This document shows positions 10,761 through 18,469 of a DNA stretch of 32,035 nucleotides, one piece after another. A program made the position numbers and the translations under genes. The stretch is from Opitutales bacterium (GTDB lineage Bacteria > Verrucomicrobiota > Verrucomicrobiia > Opitutales > Coraliomargaritaceae). The notes beneath the pieces are model-generated. The model was not told the origin of the DNA. It saw only the letters and a list, made by a program, of their open reading frames with translations, and searched no databases. The stretch is taken from NCBI GenBank assembly GCA_049598495.1, contig JBMYNR010000017.1, positions 1 through 32,035 of the forward strand, in the 5' to 3' direction. Each line of letters opens with the position of its first letter. Position 1 is the first letter of the stretch.

Positions 10761-11912
10761 TCATTGGCGAGGATAGACGAGGACAATCTCCCCCTTGCGT
10801 GAATAGAGCAAGCCTGTGAACTCACGGTCCGGTTCGCGGTAGTAGTTTATAAATGAATCGTAGAATTCGTCAGGGATGTAAGCGGTGATACTGCCGCCTG
10901 CTTCGCCCTCGTAGGCGGTCTCCAGGATGACAGATCGAAAGCTTTTCGGGCTCTCGGCCTCGCTCACCTGGACAGAGGCGACACGAACAGTGACATCGCT
11001 ATCCAGATATTTTTCCAGTTCCTTTTTGTAGAAGGCAACGGTGAAGGGCGGTGGTGGCGGGTCTTCGGTGCAGACCATATGCTGGAAACCAGCCAGCGTG
11101 TTCGCACTGATCCCCGGGATTTCGACCATGCTCTCTACTGTTGGAATGGGGCGTGCGCCGATGATGCGGGCAGCGAGCGCAGGGCCGATGCCGGGAAGTG
11201 TATCCAGCTCTGAGGCGCTGGCCGTGTTCACATTTAGTGGATTCTCTGTGATGGCGATCGCCGGTCCGCCCGGCAGTTCCGAGCCCCCCCCTGAAACGGT
11301 CGCTGCTGCCAGGGCCTCGAGCCCCTCCATTTGCATCGAGCCCCGAGCCAGCGCCCAGATGCCATCTTCTTCGCGTTGCGCCTGCCGCTCATTATTTTTG
11401 AGCCGGCTAAGGAAGGTGCGCGGCGTCACGCCACCGGGCCATTTTTCTTCAGTAGGTTTGCCGTAGAGCCGTGCAAGCCCCGCTAACAGTAGTTCGGTGG
11501 AGAGGTATTTGTCGCCCTTCTTGACGAGGGCAAAGTAGACCTTGTTACCTGGGCTGCCGCGGGCATCTTCCCATTTGGTCATCACGGTGAATTCACCTCG
11601 TAGAAAGTTGCTTGTAAAGTTTGTGGCCAACTTGCCGCCGTCCGTGACGGCTTCCTCGGGGATCGAGAAATAACGGGCCTGCTCAATGATGCGGTCGCGG
11701 TAAGCCTCGGTGGTCTCGAGCGCGTCCACCCAATAAAGGCGAAAAACGAATTTCTCATTGTTGCAGGCCACAAGGAAGCTGTCGCCGTCATTGTTGGGCG
11801 AACTGACGAGGCGGCAGCCCTCAAGCACTTCCCAGATGCCTTCCTCTAGATTGACTGCACGGGCTGTCGATACAGAGAGGATTAAGCTCAGTACGAGAGT
11901 GAAGATTCGCAT
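10761..11912 (-). CDS. Secreted thermonuclease (SNase)-like domain fused to a ComEA-type helix-hairpin-helix and an unknown C-terminal domain
   Basis: Signal peptide MRIFTLVLSLILSVSTARA; SNase motifs DGDSF, RLYWVDALE, GLAR, AQREEDGIW; HhH motif LNVNTASASELDTLPGIGPALAARII. ATG at 11912. Confidence 0.8.
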   Translation of the reverse strand: MRIFTLVLSLILSVSTARAVNLEEGIWEVLEGCRLVSSPNNDGDSFLVACNNEKFVFRLYWVDALETTEAYRDRIIEQARYFSIPEEAVTDGGKLATNFTSNFLRGEFTVMTKWEDARGSPGNKVYFALVKKGDKYLSTELLLAGLARLYGKPTEEKWPGGVTPRTFLSRLKNNERQAQREEDGIWALARGSMQMEGLEALAAATVSGGGSELPGGPAIAITENPLNVNTASASELDTLPGIGPALAARIIGARPIPTVESMVEIPGISANTLAGFQHMVCTEDPPPPPFTVAFYKKELEKYLDSDVTVRVASVQVSEAESPKSFRSVILETAYEGEAGGSITAYIPDEFYDSFINYYREPDREFTGLLYSRKGEIVLVYPRQ

Positions 11913-12019
11913 GTCATCCTTTGTAGACAGAAGGGGCAATCTGGCAAGGATTCGATTGGCGGACGCGGTGCTGTCCGTGTACTTGCAATGCCATGCAGTT
12001 AAAGTCTGTATCATAAAGA

Positions 12020-12685
12020 ATGGAGACTTCTCTAGAAGCAATTTCTGCAGCCTTTGAGTGCATTCTACCCAAGGGATTCGCTGCTGATTGGTTGCCGATC
12101 GACTTGGCTGCGCAGACGGCGCTTGCCGCCGAGGAGCGCGTCCGGGTGGCCTCCTGGGGGCGGCACAGGCAGCTGGAATTCGCTGCGGGGCGCCACTGTG
12201 CCCGCAGGGCATTGGAAAAAGCTGGCTTCCGGGATTGGGCGGATCTCACTAGCAAGGTCGGCGGCGTGCCGGTCTGGCCGGAGGCCTATGTTGGTTCGAT
12301 CTCTCACTGTCGTGGTCTCGCACTGGCGGTGGCCGCTTCGAGCTCGGTGGCATTGCTTTTGGGGGTCGATTTGGAAAAGACGAATCGCATCTCGGAGGCG
12401 GCTACAAAGCGGGTGGTGCACCCACAGGAAGAGAGTTTTGTGGCCGGGGATCAGGTGCGAGCATCCATCCTCTTCAGTCTTAAGGAAGCCTTTTATAAAG
12501 CGCAGTATCCGCGAGATCGCACGAATGGGAATTTCCATGATCTTATCCTGAAGGTCGACTTGGAGGCGGGCACCGCGCGCGCGGTGGAGTTGGCGCCCTG
12601 TTTTCAAAGGGATCTGCTCAAGCTTCAATTTGCCTACCGTGTTGTAGGTAACCGAGTCGTCAGCCTGTGTTGGGCGAAGACTTAA
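12020..12685 (+). CDS. 4'-phosphopantetheinyl transferase (EntD/Sfp-like)
   Basis: RQLEFAAGRHCARRAL, PVWPEAYVGSISHC, LGVDLE, FSLKEAFYKA. Confidence 0.9.
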   Translation: METSLEAISAAFECILPKGFAADWLPIDLAAQTALAAEERVRVASWGRHRQLEFAAGRHCARRALEKAGFRDWADLTSKVGGVPVWPEAYVGSISHCRGLALAVAASSSVALLLGVDLEKTNRISEAATKRVVHPQEESFVAGDQVRASILFSLKEAFYKAQYPRDRTNGNFHDLILKVDLEAGTARAVELAPCFQRDLLKLQFAYRVVGNRVVSLCWAKT

Positions 12686-13011
12686 GTTTCGTCCCTCAGC
12701 CAGGGTTGGCTGTTAATGTGGTCGATCCGTCCACGCGCGAGTTCAAGCCAGAGCTCGAGCGCTACGTTACGAGAGATGCCGCTCATGAAGCGTGGCATGT
12801 CGTCGGGCTCATCGAGATTCTCGAGGGTAATAACACCTTTTGGGTAGACCGAGAGTGCCCAACCACTCGGGGTATGAACTAGCGATACATCCGGGTGTTC
12901 GGCTTCGTCCGCATCCAGGTCGTCGAGGCTGTTGAGTAGTTCGCGCATCTTTTCCGCGCTTGGGTTGAGCTCGGAGATACCGTGGAAATCTGTTGTGTGG
13001 TAGAGGTCCAT
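12682..13011 (-). CDS. Hypothetical protein (109 aa, acidic)
   Basis: Protein-like composition; 19 nt downstream of argA on the same strand; shares TTAA stop overlap with the PPTase gene. ATG at 13011 chosen. Confidence 0.7.
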   Translation of the reverse strand: MDLYHTTDFHGISELNPSAEKMRELLNSLDDLDADEAEHPDVSLVHTPSGWALSVYPKGVITLENLDEPDDMPRFMSGISRNVALELWLELARGRIDHINSQPWLRDET

Positions 13012-13030
13012 GTCCGTATCACCGATACAA

Positions 13031-14338
13031 CTACAAGTCGAGGTAGAGGATTTTTGAATTGCGGCCATTTTGAACATAGTCTTCCTGTCGCTTTTTCGGA
13101 AGGTCGTCGACTTTACCTTCAGAGAAAGCGCAGACCTTAGAAAAGAATTTACTGGCCTGGGTCGTCATGGCGATGACCCGTTTGGAGCCCCTAGCCTTAG
13201 CCTCTGCGCAGGCGAATTCAACCATCTTCCGGCCAACTCCCTTGTTTTGGTAGAAAGGCTGCACATAGACGCTACCGATCTCAATGACTTGATCGTCATG
13301 GTAACTTTCTAGATTCACGCAACCGACGATACTTCCGTCGATTTCATAGACAAGATAGTTGTCAATATTGGCTTCGATGGATGCAAGCGAGCGCTCTCGA
13401 AGGCTGTCTGCCCGAACGCCGTTTCTTGTGATATTGTAGATCGCGTAGGCGTCTTCCGGGATGGCCCGCCGGATGGACTGGTAGTCGTTACTATAGACCA
13501 TTGTGCCGATACCGACCTTATCAAATATCTCGTTCAGAAGGGCGCCGAAGAGGCGGCCGTCAAGAATGTGAGCCCGCGGGGTGCCTGCCTTGATCGCCAT
13601 AACTGCGTGCTCTACTTTGCTCCGTAATCGCTCAGGGATTTGTTCGGTAGCGGCTTCGAGTATATTTTCCAATTCACCAACCGGTAGGTTGGTGAGTGGG
13701 GCGCCATTCATTTGCAAGCCGTCCTGTGTGGTCAGATAGATGAGCTTCGAGGCGCTCAGCTTCGAGGCCAACTCAGAAGCGAGCAGATCTGAATTAATTC
13801 TTAGTGATGTGCCTTCGCGGTTAAATGCAATGGGGGTGACCACTGGGATCGTGTCCGCATCGAGTAACTGGTTGAAGAGCGATTCATCGAGCTTGTCGAC
13901 GGCGCCGCTGCTTAGTTGGTCTTCGCCTTTGACAATACCGATTTCTTTACTCCGGACGCCATTGGTGGTTGCGCAGCGCAATCCGTTCCGGGTCAGTCCC
14001 TGAATGATCTGGAGGCTGACCATGGCGGAAGCTTCGGTTGCCAATTCAAGGGTGGTGGCATCGGTCTTGAGTTCGCCGTGTGGATCACTGATGGGGACTC
14101 CGCGTTGCTCAGAGAGGGTTCTCATTTGCTGTCCGATCCCATGCACGAGAACCACCCTGATATTGAGCGAGCGGAGCACAGCGATGTCGAGCAGGACGTT
14201 TTGGAAGTTCTCGTGCGCGACTAAGCTACCGTCCACCGCGAGCACAAAAACGTGATTCCGAAACATGGGAACATATTTCAGGATGCCACGCAGGTCCGTG
14301 GGTTTAATGCTGTATTCGTTCGTGAATCCGTCGCTCAT
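13031..14338 (-). CDS. argA: Amino-acid N-acetyltransferase (N-acetylglutamate synthase; AAK + GNAT)
   Basis: N-terminal AAK domain (VLVHGIG, RINSD, RAHILDGR, EIFDKVGIGTM) followed by GNAT (YVQPFYQNKGVGRKM), C-terminal RNSKI. Confidence 0.92.
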   Translation of the reverse strand: MSDGFTNEYSIKPTDLRGILKYVPMFRNHVFVLAVDGSLVAHENFQNVLLDIAVLRSLNIRVVLVHGIGQQMRTLSEQRGVPISDPHGELKTDATTLELATEASAMVSLQIIQGLTRNGLRCATTNGVRSKEIGIVKGEDQLSSGAVDKLDESLFNQLLDADTIPVVTPIAFNREGTSLRINSDLLASELASKLSASKLIYLTTQDGLQMNGAPLTNLPVGELENILEAATEQIPERLRSKVEHAVMAIKAGTPRAHILDGRLFGALLNEIFDKVGIGTMVYSNDYQSIRRAIPEDAYAIYNITRNGVRADSLRERSLASIEANIDNYLVYEIDGSIVGCVNLESYHDDQVIEIGSVYVQPFYQNKGVGRKMVEFACAEAKARGSKRVIAMTTQASKFFSKVCAFSEGKVDDLPKKRQEDYVQNGRNSKILYLDL

Positions 14339-14517
14339 TGAATGATGGCAACTTTGCGCATGCGCTGCGAGCTTGCAAGGCGCATATTTTAATCAAAAGG
14401 TAGGTTTGCAACACCGAGTCGATCGTTTGGCCTCACAAATCGTGCGCCTGTATTTTTTGGAGGGTAAGCGATGTCGACGGGCAAACGGCCTACTCGAAGC
14501 GCCTGTGCTATCATAAT

Positions 14518-15450
14518 ATGTCGAAAGATCCCTTCCAGAAAGTTCCTCCTGGTTTGCTTGAGCCGCTCGAGAGCTTTCTCGTCTGGCTGGAGTTGGAACG
14601 TGGCCTTTCCAGCAATACTCTGCAGGCCTATGCTCGGGATTTGGCTCAATGCGCTGGGTTTCTTGGCACCAATGAAGGGCTCGTAGATTGGGCATCGGTC
14701 GAGTCGCAGCATGTCTCCGCGTGGACCTCGAGCCTGAGCCGGCAGGATTTTGCGCCGACGAGCCAGGCCCGTAAGCTTTCGGCACTGCGGATGTTCGCGA
14801 AACATCTCGTAAGGGAGAATCTGCGTAAGGACGACTTTACGGCGCTCCTCGACGCGCCAAAACTTTCTCGGAAGTTACCGGATGTGCTCAGTCGCGAAGA
14901 AGTGGAGCGGCTTCTCAATGCACCTTCTTCGGTAACACCCTACGGACTTCGCGATCGAGCCATTCTTGAGCTGTTCTATAGCAGCGGGCTGCGCGTTTCG
15001 GAACTCTGTGAAATTCTCCTTCAGAGTATCCATTTGGATGAGGGCTATGTTCGGGTGTTTGGCAAGGGCTCGAAGGAGCGAATCGCTCCTATCGGTGATG
15101 CAGCTGTTAAAGCGGTGCGTGATTACCTGTCCGGTGGGCGCCCGCAGTTTGTCAAGGAGCGGACCGGAAGTGAGCTCTTTTTAAGTCAGCAGGGTCGGGC
15201 AATCTCACGCAAAATGGTTTGGGTTATGATTAAGGATCACGCCCGCCGCGCAGGAATCAAGAAGCCCATTAAGCCACACCTGCTGAGGCACTCCTTCGCC
15301 ACACATCTACTTGAAGGTGGAGCCGATTTGCGGGCAATTCAGGAGATGCTCGGGCATGCGGATATTTCGACTACTCAGATTTACACCTCGGTACAGGCCG
15401 CACGCTTGGCTGATGAGCACGCGCTCTATCACCCGCGGGCGAAAGGTTAG
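14518..15450 (+). CDS. xerD: Site-specific tyrosine recombinase XerD (XerC/D family)
   Basis: ERGLSSNTLQAYARDL, RDRAILELFYSSGLRVSEL, GKGSKER, HLLRHSFATHLLEGGADLR, LGHADISTTQIYT, HPRA. Confidence 0.88.
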   Translation: MSKDPFQKVPPGLLEPLESFLVWLELERGLSSNTLQAYARDLAQCAGFLGTNEGLVDWASVESQHVSAWTSSLSRQDFAPTSQARKLSALRMFAKHLVRENLRKDDFTALLDAPKLSRKLPDVLSREEVERLLNAPSSVTPYGLRDRAILELFYSSGLRVSELCEILLQSIHLDEGYVRVFGKGSKERIAPIGDAAVKAVRDYLSGGRPQFVKERTGSELFLSQQGRAISRKMVWVMIKDHARRAGIKKPIKPHLLRHSFATHLLEGGADLRAIQEMLGHADISTTQIYTSVQAARLADEHALYHPRAKG

Positions 15451-15560
15451 AGTGATTTGCATTTAGGTAGAGTCACCGGCTGGGTGTCATCTTTGCCAGC
15501 CAGACGGGTGCAGCGGGTGCGGCTCTCACCAGAAGTTCTAACTAAATGCAATGTGCTCTA
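15448..15560. mobile_element. MITE-like element, copy 2 (109 bp, 15450-15558, plus TA on each side), inverted relative to copy 1
   Basis: TIRs at 15448-15470 and 15538-15560 (18/23). A 21-nt block at 15502-15522 is the exact reverse complement of 9044-9064. Fills the entire gap between two convergent genes. Confidence 0.8.
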
Positions 15561-16283
15561 ACTCAAGCACAGCCCGAACTCACAATCCGAGAGAATATCA
15601 AGCGCCTTTTGGCTATGCTCGAGTAGCTTACTAAGATTCCTCAGGGTCAAAAGACTAAAGGTCATTTTCGATTCGTTGACCTGGATCAATAGATCCAGCT
15701 TTGGAAGTTTGAGTTCAAAGGCACTGCCGTCGGGCTCATAGCTGAGGGCTTCGGCTAGATCGGGAATGTCCTCGATGATGTCGATTTTGTCCTCCACCTG
15801 AACGGGTCGGGCGAAGTCGACGACCAAGCGGTCGCAATGATCGGTAAAGCAGCGATGAAAACGTTCCTCTGACAGGATGTCAGCGCTATGGAGTGTGACG
15901 ATTTCGGTGGTGAGCCGATAGTTTTTAGGATTCTCCTCGCATTGGTCGATCCGGACGTGGAGATCGAAGTCAGGCGTCTTGATCCAAGCAAAGCCATCTT
16001 CGCAGGTGTAGTCGAAGTCTCTCCGCTTATATTCGAAGAGCCCTCTAATGTCAGCGTAGAGTGTGTCGGCGGCTACTTTGACATCGTCTTGGCCGATCCG
16101 CCGGACAAAGGTCCGCGCGGCCTCGCTCTGGCCATCCGGCACATGATGGTGCTTCTGGAAACCGCCCAATCTTCGGACACGCCCAGTCATGGACCCAGTG
16201 ATCCGGCTCTGATGGGTGTTCGGGGAATATGTTGGTTTCGCAGCGATGGGGGGCAGATTGGCGCGGCTTATCGTCGAGTTCAA
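15558..16283 (-). CDS. Hypothetical protein (start uncertain: TTG at 16283 or a later codon)
   Basis: 241-aa ORF with globular, protein-like composition, convergent with xerD. Confidence 0.75.
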   Translation of the reverse strand: MNSTISRANLPPIAAKPTYSPNTHQSRITGSMTGRVRRLGGFQKHHHVPDGQSEAARTFVRRIGQDDVKVAADTLYADIRGLFEYKRRDFDYTCEDGFAWIKTPDFDLHVRIDQCEENPKNYRLTTEIVTLHSADILSEERFHRCFTDHCDRLVVDFARPVQVEDKIDIIEDIPDLAEALSYEPDGSAFELKLPKLDLLIQVNESKMTFSLLTLRNLSKLLEHSQKALDILSDCEFGLCLS

Positions 16284-16344
16284 CTTCGGATGTCACGTTA
16301 CACTCAGCGCGATTGGATTTCTTGCTGTGCAGAGATGACCATTT

Positions 16345-16800
16345 GTAGCGATGCGACGCCAGTCGTGTTCGCGAAGAGGGGAGTGCGTGCTTGCACGTGG
16401 ACTGAGTTGACGCGCGTTCGCTAAAAAACACACAGAAATAATTTCACAGCCCTCCCATTAGGCCTGATGACGGAGATCCAGTCTGATTGTTGATGCGCTC
16501 TAGCGGTTGATTGTGTGTGATTGTCAAAATTGAAAGGTAGCGGTTTTGACCACGACAAGCCCTATGCTGTTGTCCCATAAGCACTCCAGTCTTCACTCGG
16601 CAAATATAGGGCCTGCGGCTGCACACACATCCGGCACAACGTAGCGACGGGCGGACGCTTCCGGCTGTTCGAAACCCTTCATACGTCGACGCGACTGGCA
16701 TCGCATCGCTACACCCGGCAGGACGTAGCGAACTTGCGCCAGCAAGATCGACGGGCAAACGCTTCCGGCTGTTCGAAACCCTTCATACGTCGACGCGACT
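16345..16800. repeat. REP/REPIN-like cluster (GTAGCGA family) containing a 52-bp direct repeat
   Basis: GTAG+hairpin units at 16345-16371 (+), 16687-16712 (-) and 16725-16750 (+). 16645-16696 and 16749-16800 are identical at 50/52. Confidence 0.75.
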
Positions 16801-17007
16801 TACAGATAATCCAGTTGATCCGTGCATACGGTGTCGTTTGCCGAACGGCACCCTCGGCGGGCACGCCCTGCGCCCTCCCTGCGCCAGAGCCATCCACCGA
16901 AAACCACGAACCAACAACAATAACGAGACCTTCCTGACTCACCTTAATCAAAAGTGCGAAACTTTCTGGACACTACTGGCGGTCAAAGCGGCCTTTCTTC
17001 ATGACTT

Positions 17008-17036
17008 TTGACATTTAACCGCTGCCCGAATGACAT
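17008..17036 (+). promoter_or_regulatory. Possible sigma70 promoter for rpmI-rplT
   Basis: TTGACA-17 nt-TGACAT, about 80 nt upstream of the rpmI ATG; -10 is weak. Confidence 0.3.
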
Positions 17037-17115
17037 CTCCCTCCGTAAAAAGTCCTATTTGGTACTTTACAGACAGGGGGAATCCCGATGTTTTCCCTCT
17101 CTTTTCCAATTTCTC

Positions 17116-17307
<192 letters not shown>

Positions 17308-17426
17308 TGCGAACCACATTCGACGCTTAATAGAATACGAAGACTGTTTAACAACACTAACTCACGCTCGTCGGGTAACATGAAAATGGGCGACCCGACA
17401 GCGACCTAAACGAGAGATTACACAAC

Positions 17427-17792
17427 ATGCCTAGAGCCAAAAATGGTCCCGCGACACTCGCACGTCGCAAAAAAGTTCTGAAAAAAGCCAAGGGCTATTT
17501 CGGAAATAAATCTCGTCTTTTCCGTTACGCAAAAGACGCCGTCGATCGCGCAGAGGTTTACGCTTATCGCGACCGCCGCAAAAAGAAGTCCGAGTTCCGT
17601 CAACTCTGGATCGTTCGTATCAACGCAATCTGCCGCGCCAATGGCATCAACTACAGCCGCTTTATGCACGGCTTGAAGGCCGCTGGTATCGAGATGGACC
17701 GGAAACAGCTCTCCGAGCTCGCGATCCATGACGAGGCTGCTTTCGTCGCTCTCATTGAGAAGGCTAAAGAAGCCAACGAGAAAGCCGCGTAG
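17427..17792 (+). CDS. rplT: 50S ribosomal protein L20
   Basis: MPRAK...AKGYFG...[23 protein letters not shown]...YSRFMHGL...DRKQLSELA. Confidence 0.98.
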   Translation: MPRAKNGPATLARRKKVLKKAKGYFGNKSRLFRYAKDAVDRAEVYAYRDRRKKKSEFRQLWIVRINAICRANGINYSRFMHGLKAAGIEMDRKQLSELAIHDEAAFVALIEKAKEANEKAA

Positions 17793-17812
17793 GCAAACTT
17801 CATTCAATTTTC

Positions 17813-17845
17813 AAAAGCCGATTCCGCAAGGATTCGGCTTTTTTT
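17813..17845 (+). terminator. Intrinsic terminator after rplT
   Basis: AAAAGCCGATTCC-GCAA-GGATTCGGCTTTTTTT. Confidence 0.85.
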
Positions 17846-17850
17846 CTTTG

Positions 17851-17880
17851 GTAGGGACGCCAGCCTTCTGGTGTCCCTAC
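17851..17880. repeat. REP-like palindrome (GTAG...CTAC)
   Basis: GTAGGGACGCCAG-CCTT-CTGGTGTCCCTAC, 13-bp stem with one G.T pair. Confidence 0.6.
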
Positions 17881-17886
17881 CTTTAC

Positions 17887-17915
17887 TTGACAGTGTCGCC
17901 CACACAGACTTTCCT
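17887..17915 (+). promoter_or_regulatory. Putative tRNA promoter
   Basis: Consensus -35 TTGACA at 17887-17892; weak -10 (TTTCCT) 17 nt later, shortly before the tRNA. Confidence 0.45.
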
Positions 17916-17933
17916 CCTCGCTCTTTAATCGAT

Positions 17934-18019
17934 GCTCAGGTGGTGGAACGGCAGACACGCCACGTTCAGGTCGTGGTGCCCTAACGGGCGTGAGGGTTCA
18001 AATCCCTCCCTGAGTACCA
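17934..18019 (+). tRNA. tRNA-Leu (anticodon CAG)
   Basis: Acceptor stem GCTCAGG/CCTGAGT, anticodon arm CCACG-TTCAGGT-CGTGG, long variable arm GCCC-TAAC-GGGC, T arm GAGGG-TTCAAAT-CCCTC, discriminator A and encoded CCA. Confidence 0.97.
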
Positions 18020-18021
18020 TT

Positions 18022-18053
18022 AAGGCCCGCAGCCCTGCGGGTCTTTTTGTTTT
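18022..18053 (+). terminator. Intrinsic terminator after tRNA-Leu
   Basis: AAGGCCCGCAG-CC-CTGCGGGTCTTTTTGTTTT. Confidence 0.8.
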
Positions 18054-18088
18054 AGGGGTCTACCGGGTCTAGACCAAAGATTGGGGAC

Positions 18089-18306
18089 AAGAGCGATTTC
18101 CCCGAGCGCGAATACACTGGATTCATTGCAAATTTGAAATCACGCCTGATCGACCACAATGATGGTTGTTGTGATTATGCGCGCTCATTCAAACCGTGGA
18201 AGGTCGTTTGGTGTAGCGCATTTGAGACAAAAGAAAAAGCACGGCCTTTGAGCAGTATCTTAAAAATGGATCAGGTATAGCTTTCGCGAAAAAGCGACTC
18301 TGGTGA
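18089..18306 (+). pseudogene. Small GIY-YIG nuclease relic (5'-truncated, frameshifted)
   Basis: Manual translation KSDFPEREYTGFIANLKSRLIDHNDGCCDYARSFKPWKVVWCSAFETKEKA, then one base missing near 18242, then AFEQYLKNGSGIAFAKKRLW* (TGA 18304-18306). No start codon and no first GIY/YVY strand. Confidence 0.8.
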
Positions 18307-18469
18307 GTCGGATGTGTCCCGTTTTTCGCAACCAAAGCGCAAGTATTCCTGTTCAACGCTATATCGGATTGACGCTGTTTGCCTTGGGCGGTAACCCGTT
18401 TGTTTTCTGACTATACAGAGTGCCTCGGTTCTTGTTGGATAAAGGCCTTCTTCGTATCGCCCCTCCCTA

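Noticed and set aside
11913..12212. 100-aa N-terminal extension of the SNase-HhH ORF
   Set aside because: Overlaps the divergent PPTase gene, and a clean signal peptide begins at ATG 11912.
14377..14405. Possible dif site upstream of xerD (AAGGCGCATAT...)
   Set aside because: Only a weak XerC-like arm; no TTATGTTAAAT-like XerD arm at 6-nt spacing.
14474..14487. 14-nt match TCGACGGGCAAACG shared with 16748-16761
   Set aside because: Similarity does not extend further; could be chance or a very eroded repeat.
14518..15450. Tyrosine recombinase as a phage/island integrase for tRNA-Leu
   Set aside because: Sequence is canonical XerD-like, lies 2.5 kb from the tRNA beyond ribosomal protein genes, and no duplicated tRNA 3' end (att) was seen.
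16464..16490. CTGATGA as a hammerhead ribozyme core
   Set aside because: No GAAA after the putative stem II and no supportable stems I/III.
16444..16625. Unexplained ~180-nt intergenic tract as 6S RNA or a small ORF
   Set aside because: Only short end pairing (CAGCC/GGCTG) and 8-nt direct repeats; no long irregular hairpin or convincing protein by eye. An Rfam cmscan would settle it.
16645..16800. 52-bp direct repeats as a CRISPR array
   Set aside because: Only two copies, the intervening sequence consists of REP-like palindromes rather than a unique spacer, and there are no cas genes.
17934..18016. G1.U72 wobble in the tRNA-Leu acceptor stem as a defect
   Set aside because: G1-U72 occurs in functional bacterial leucine tRNAs, and all other arms pair well.
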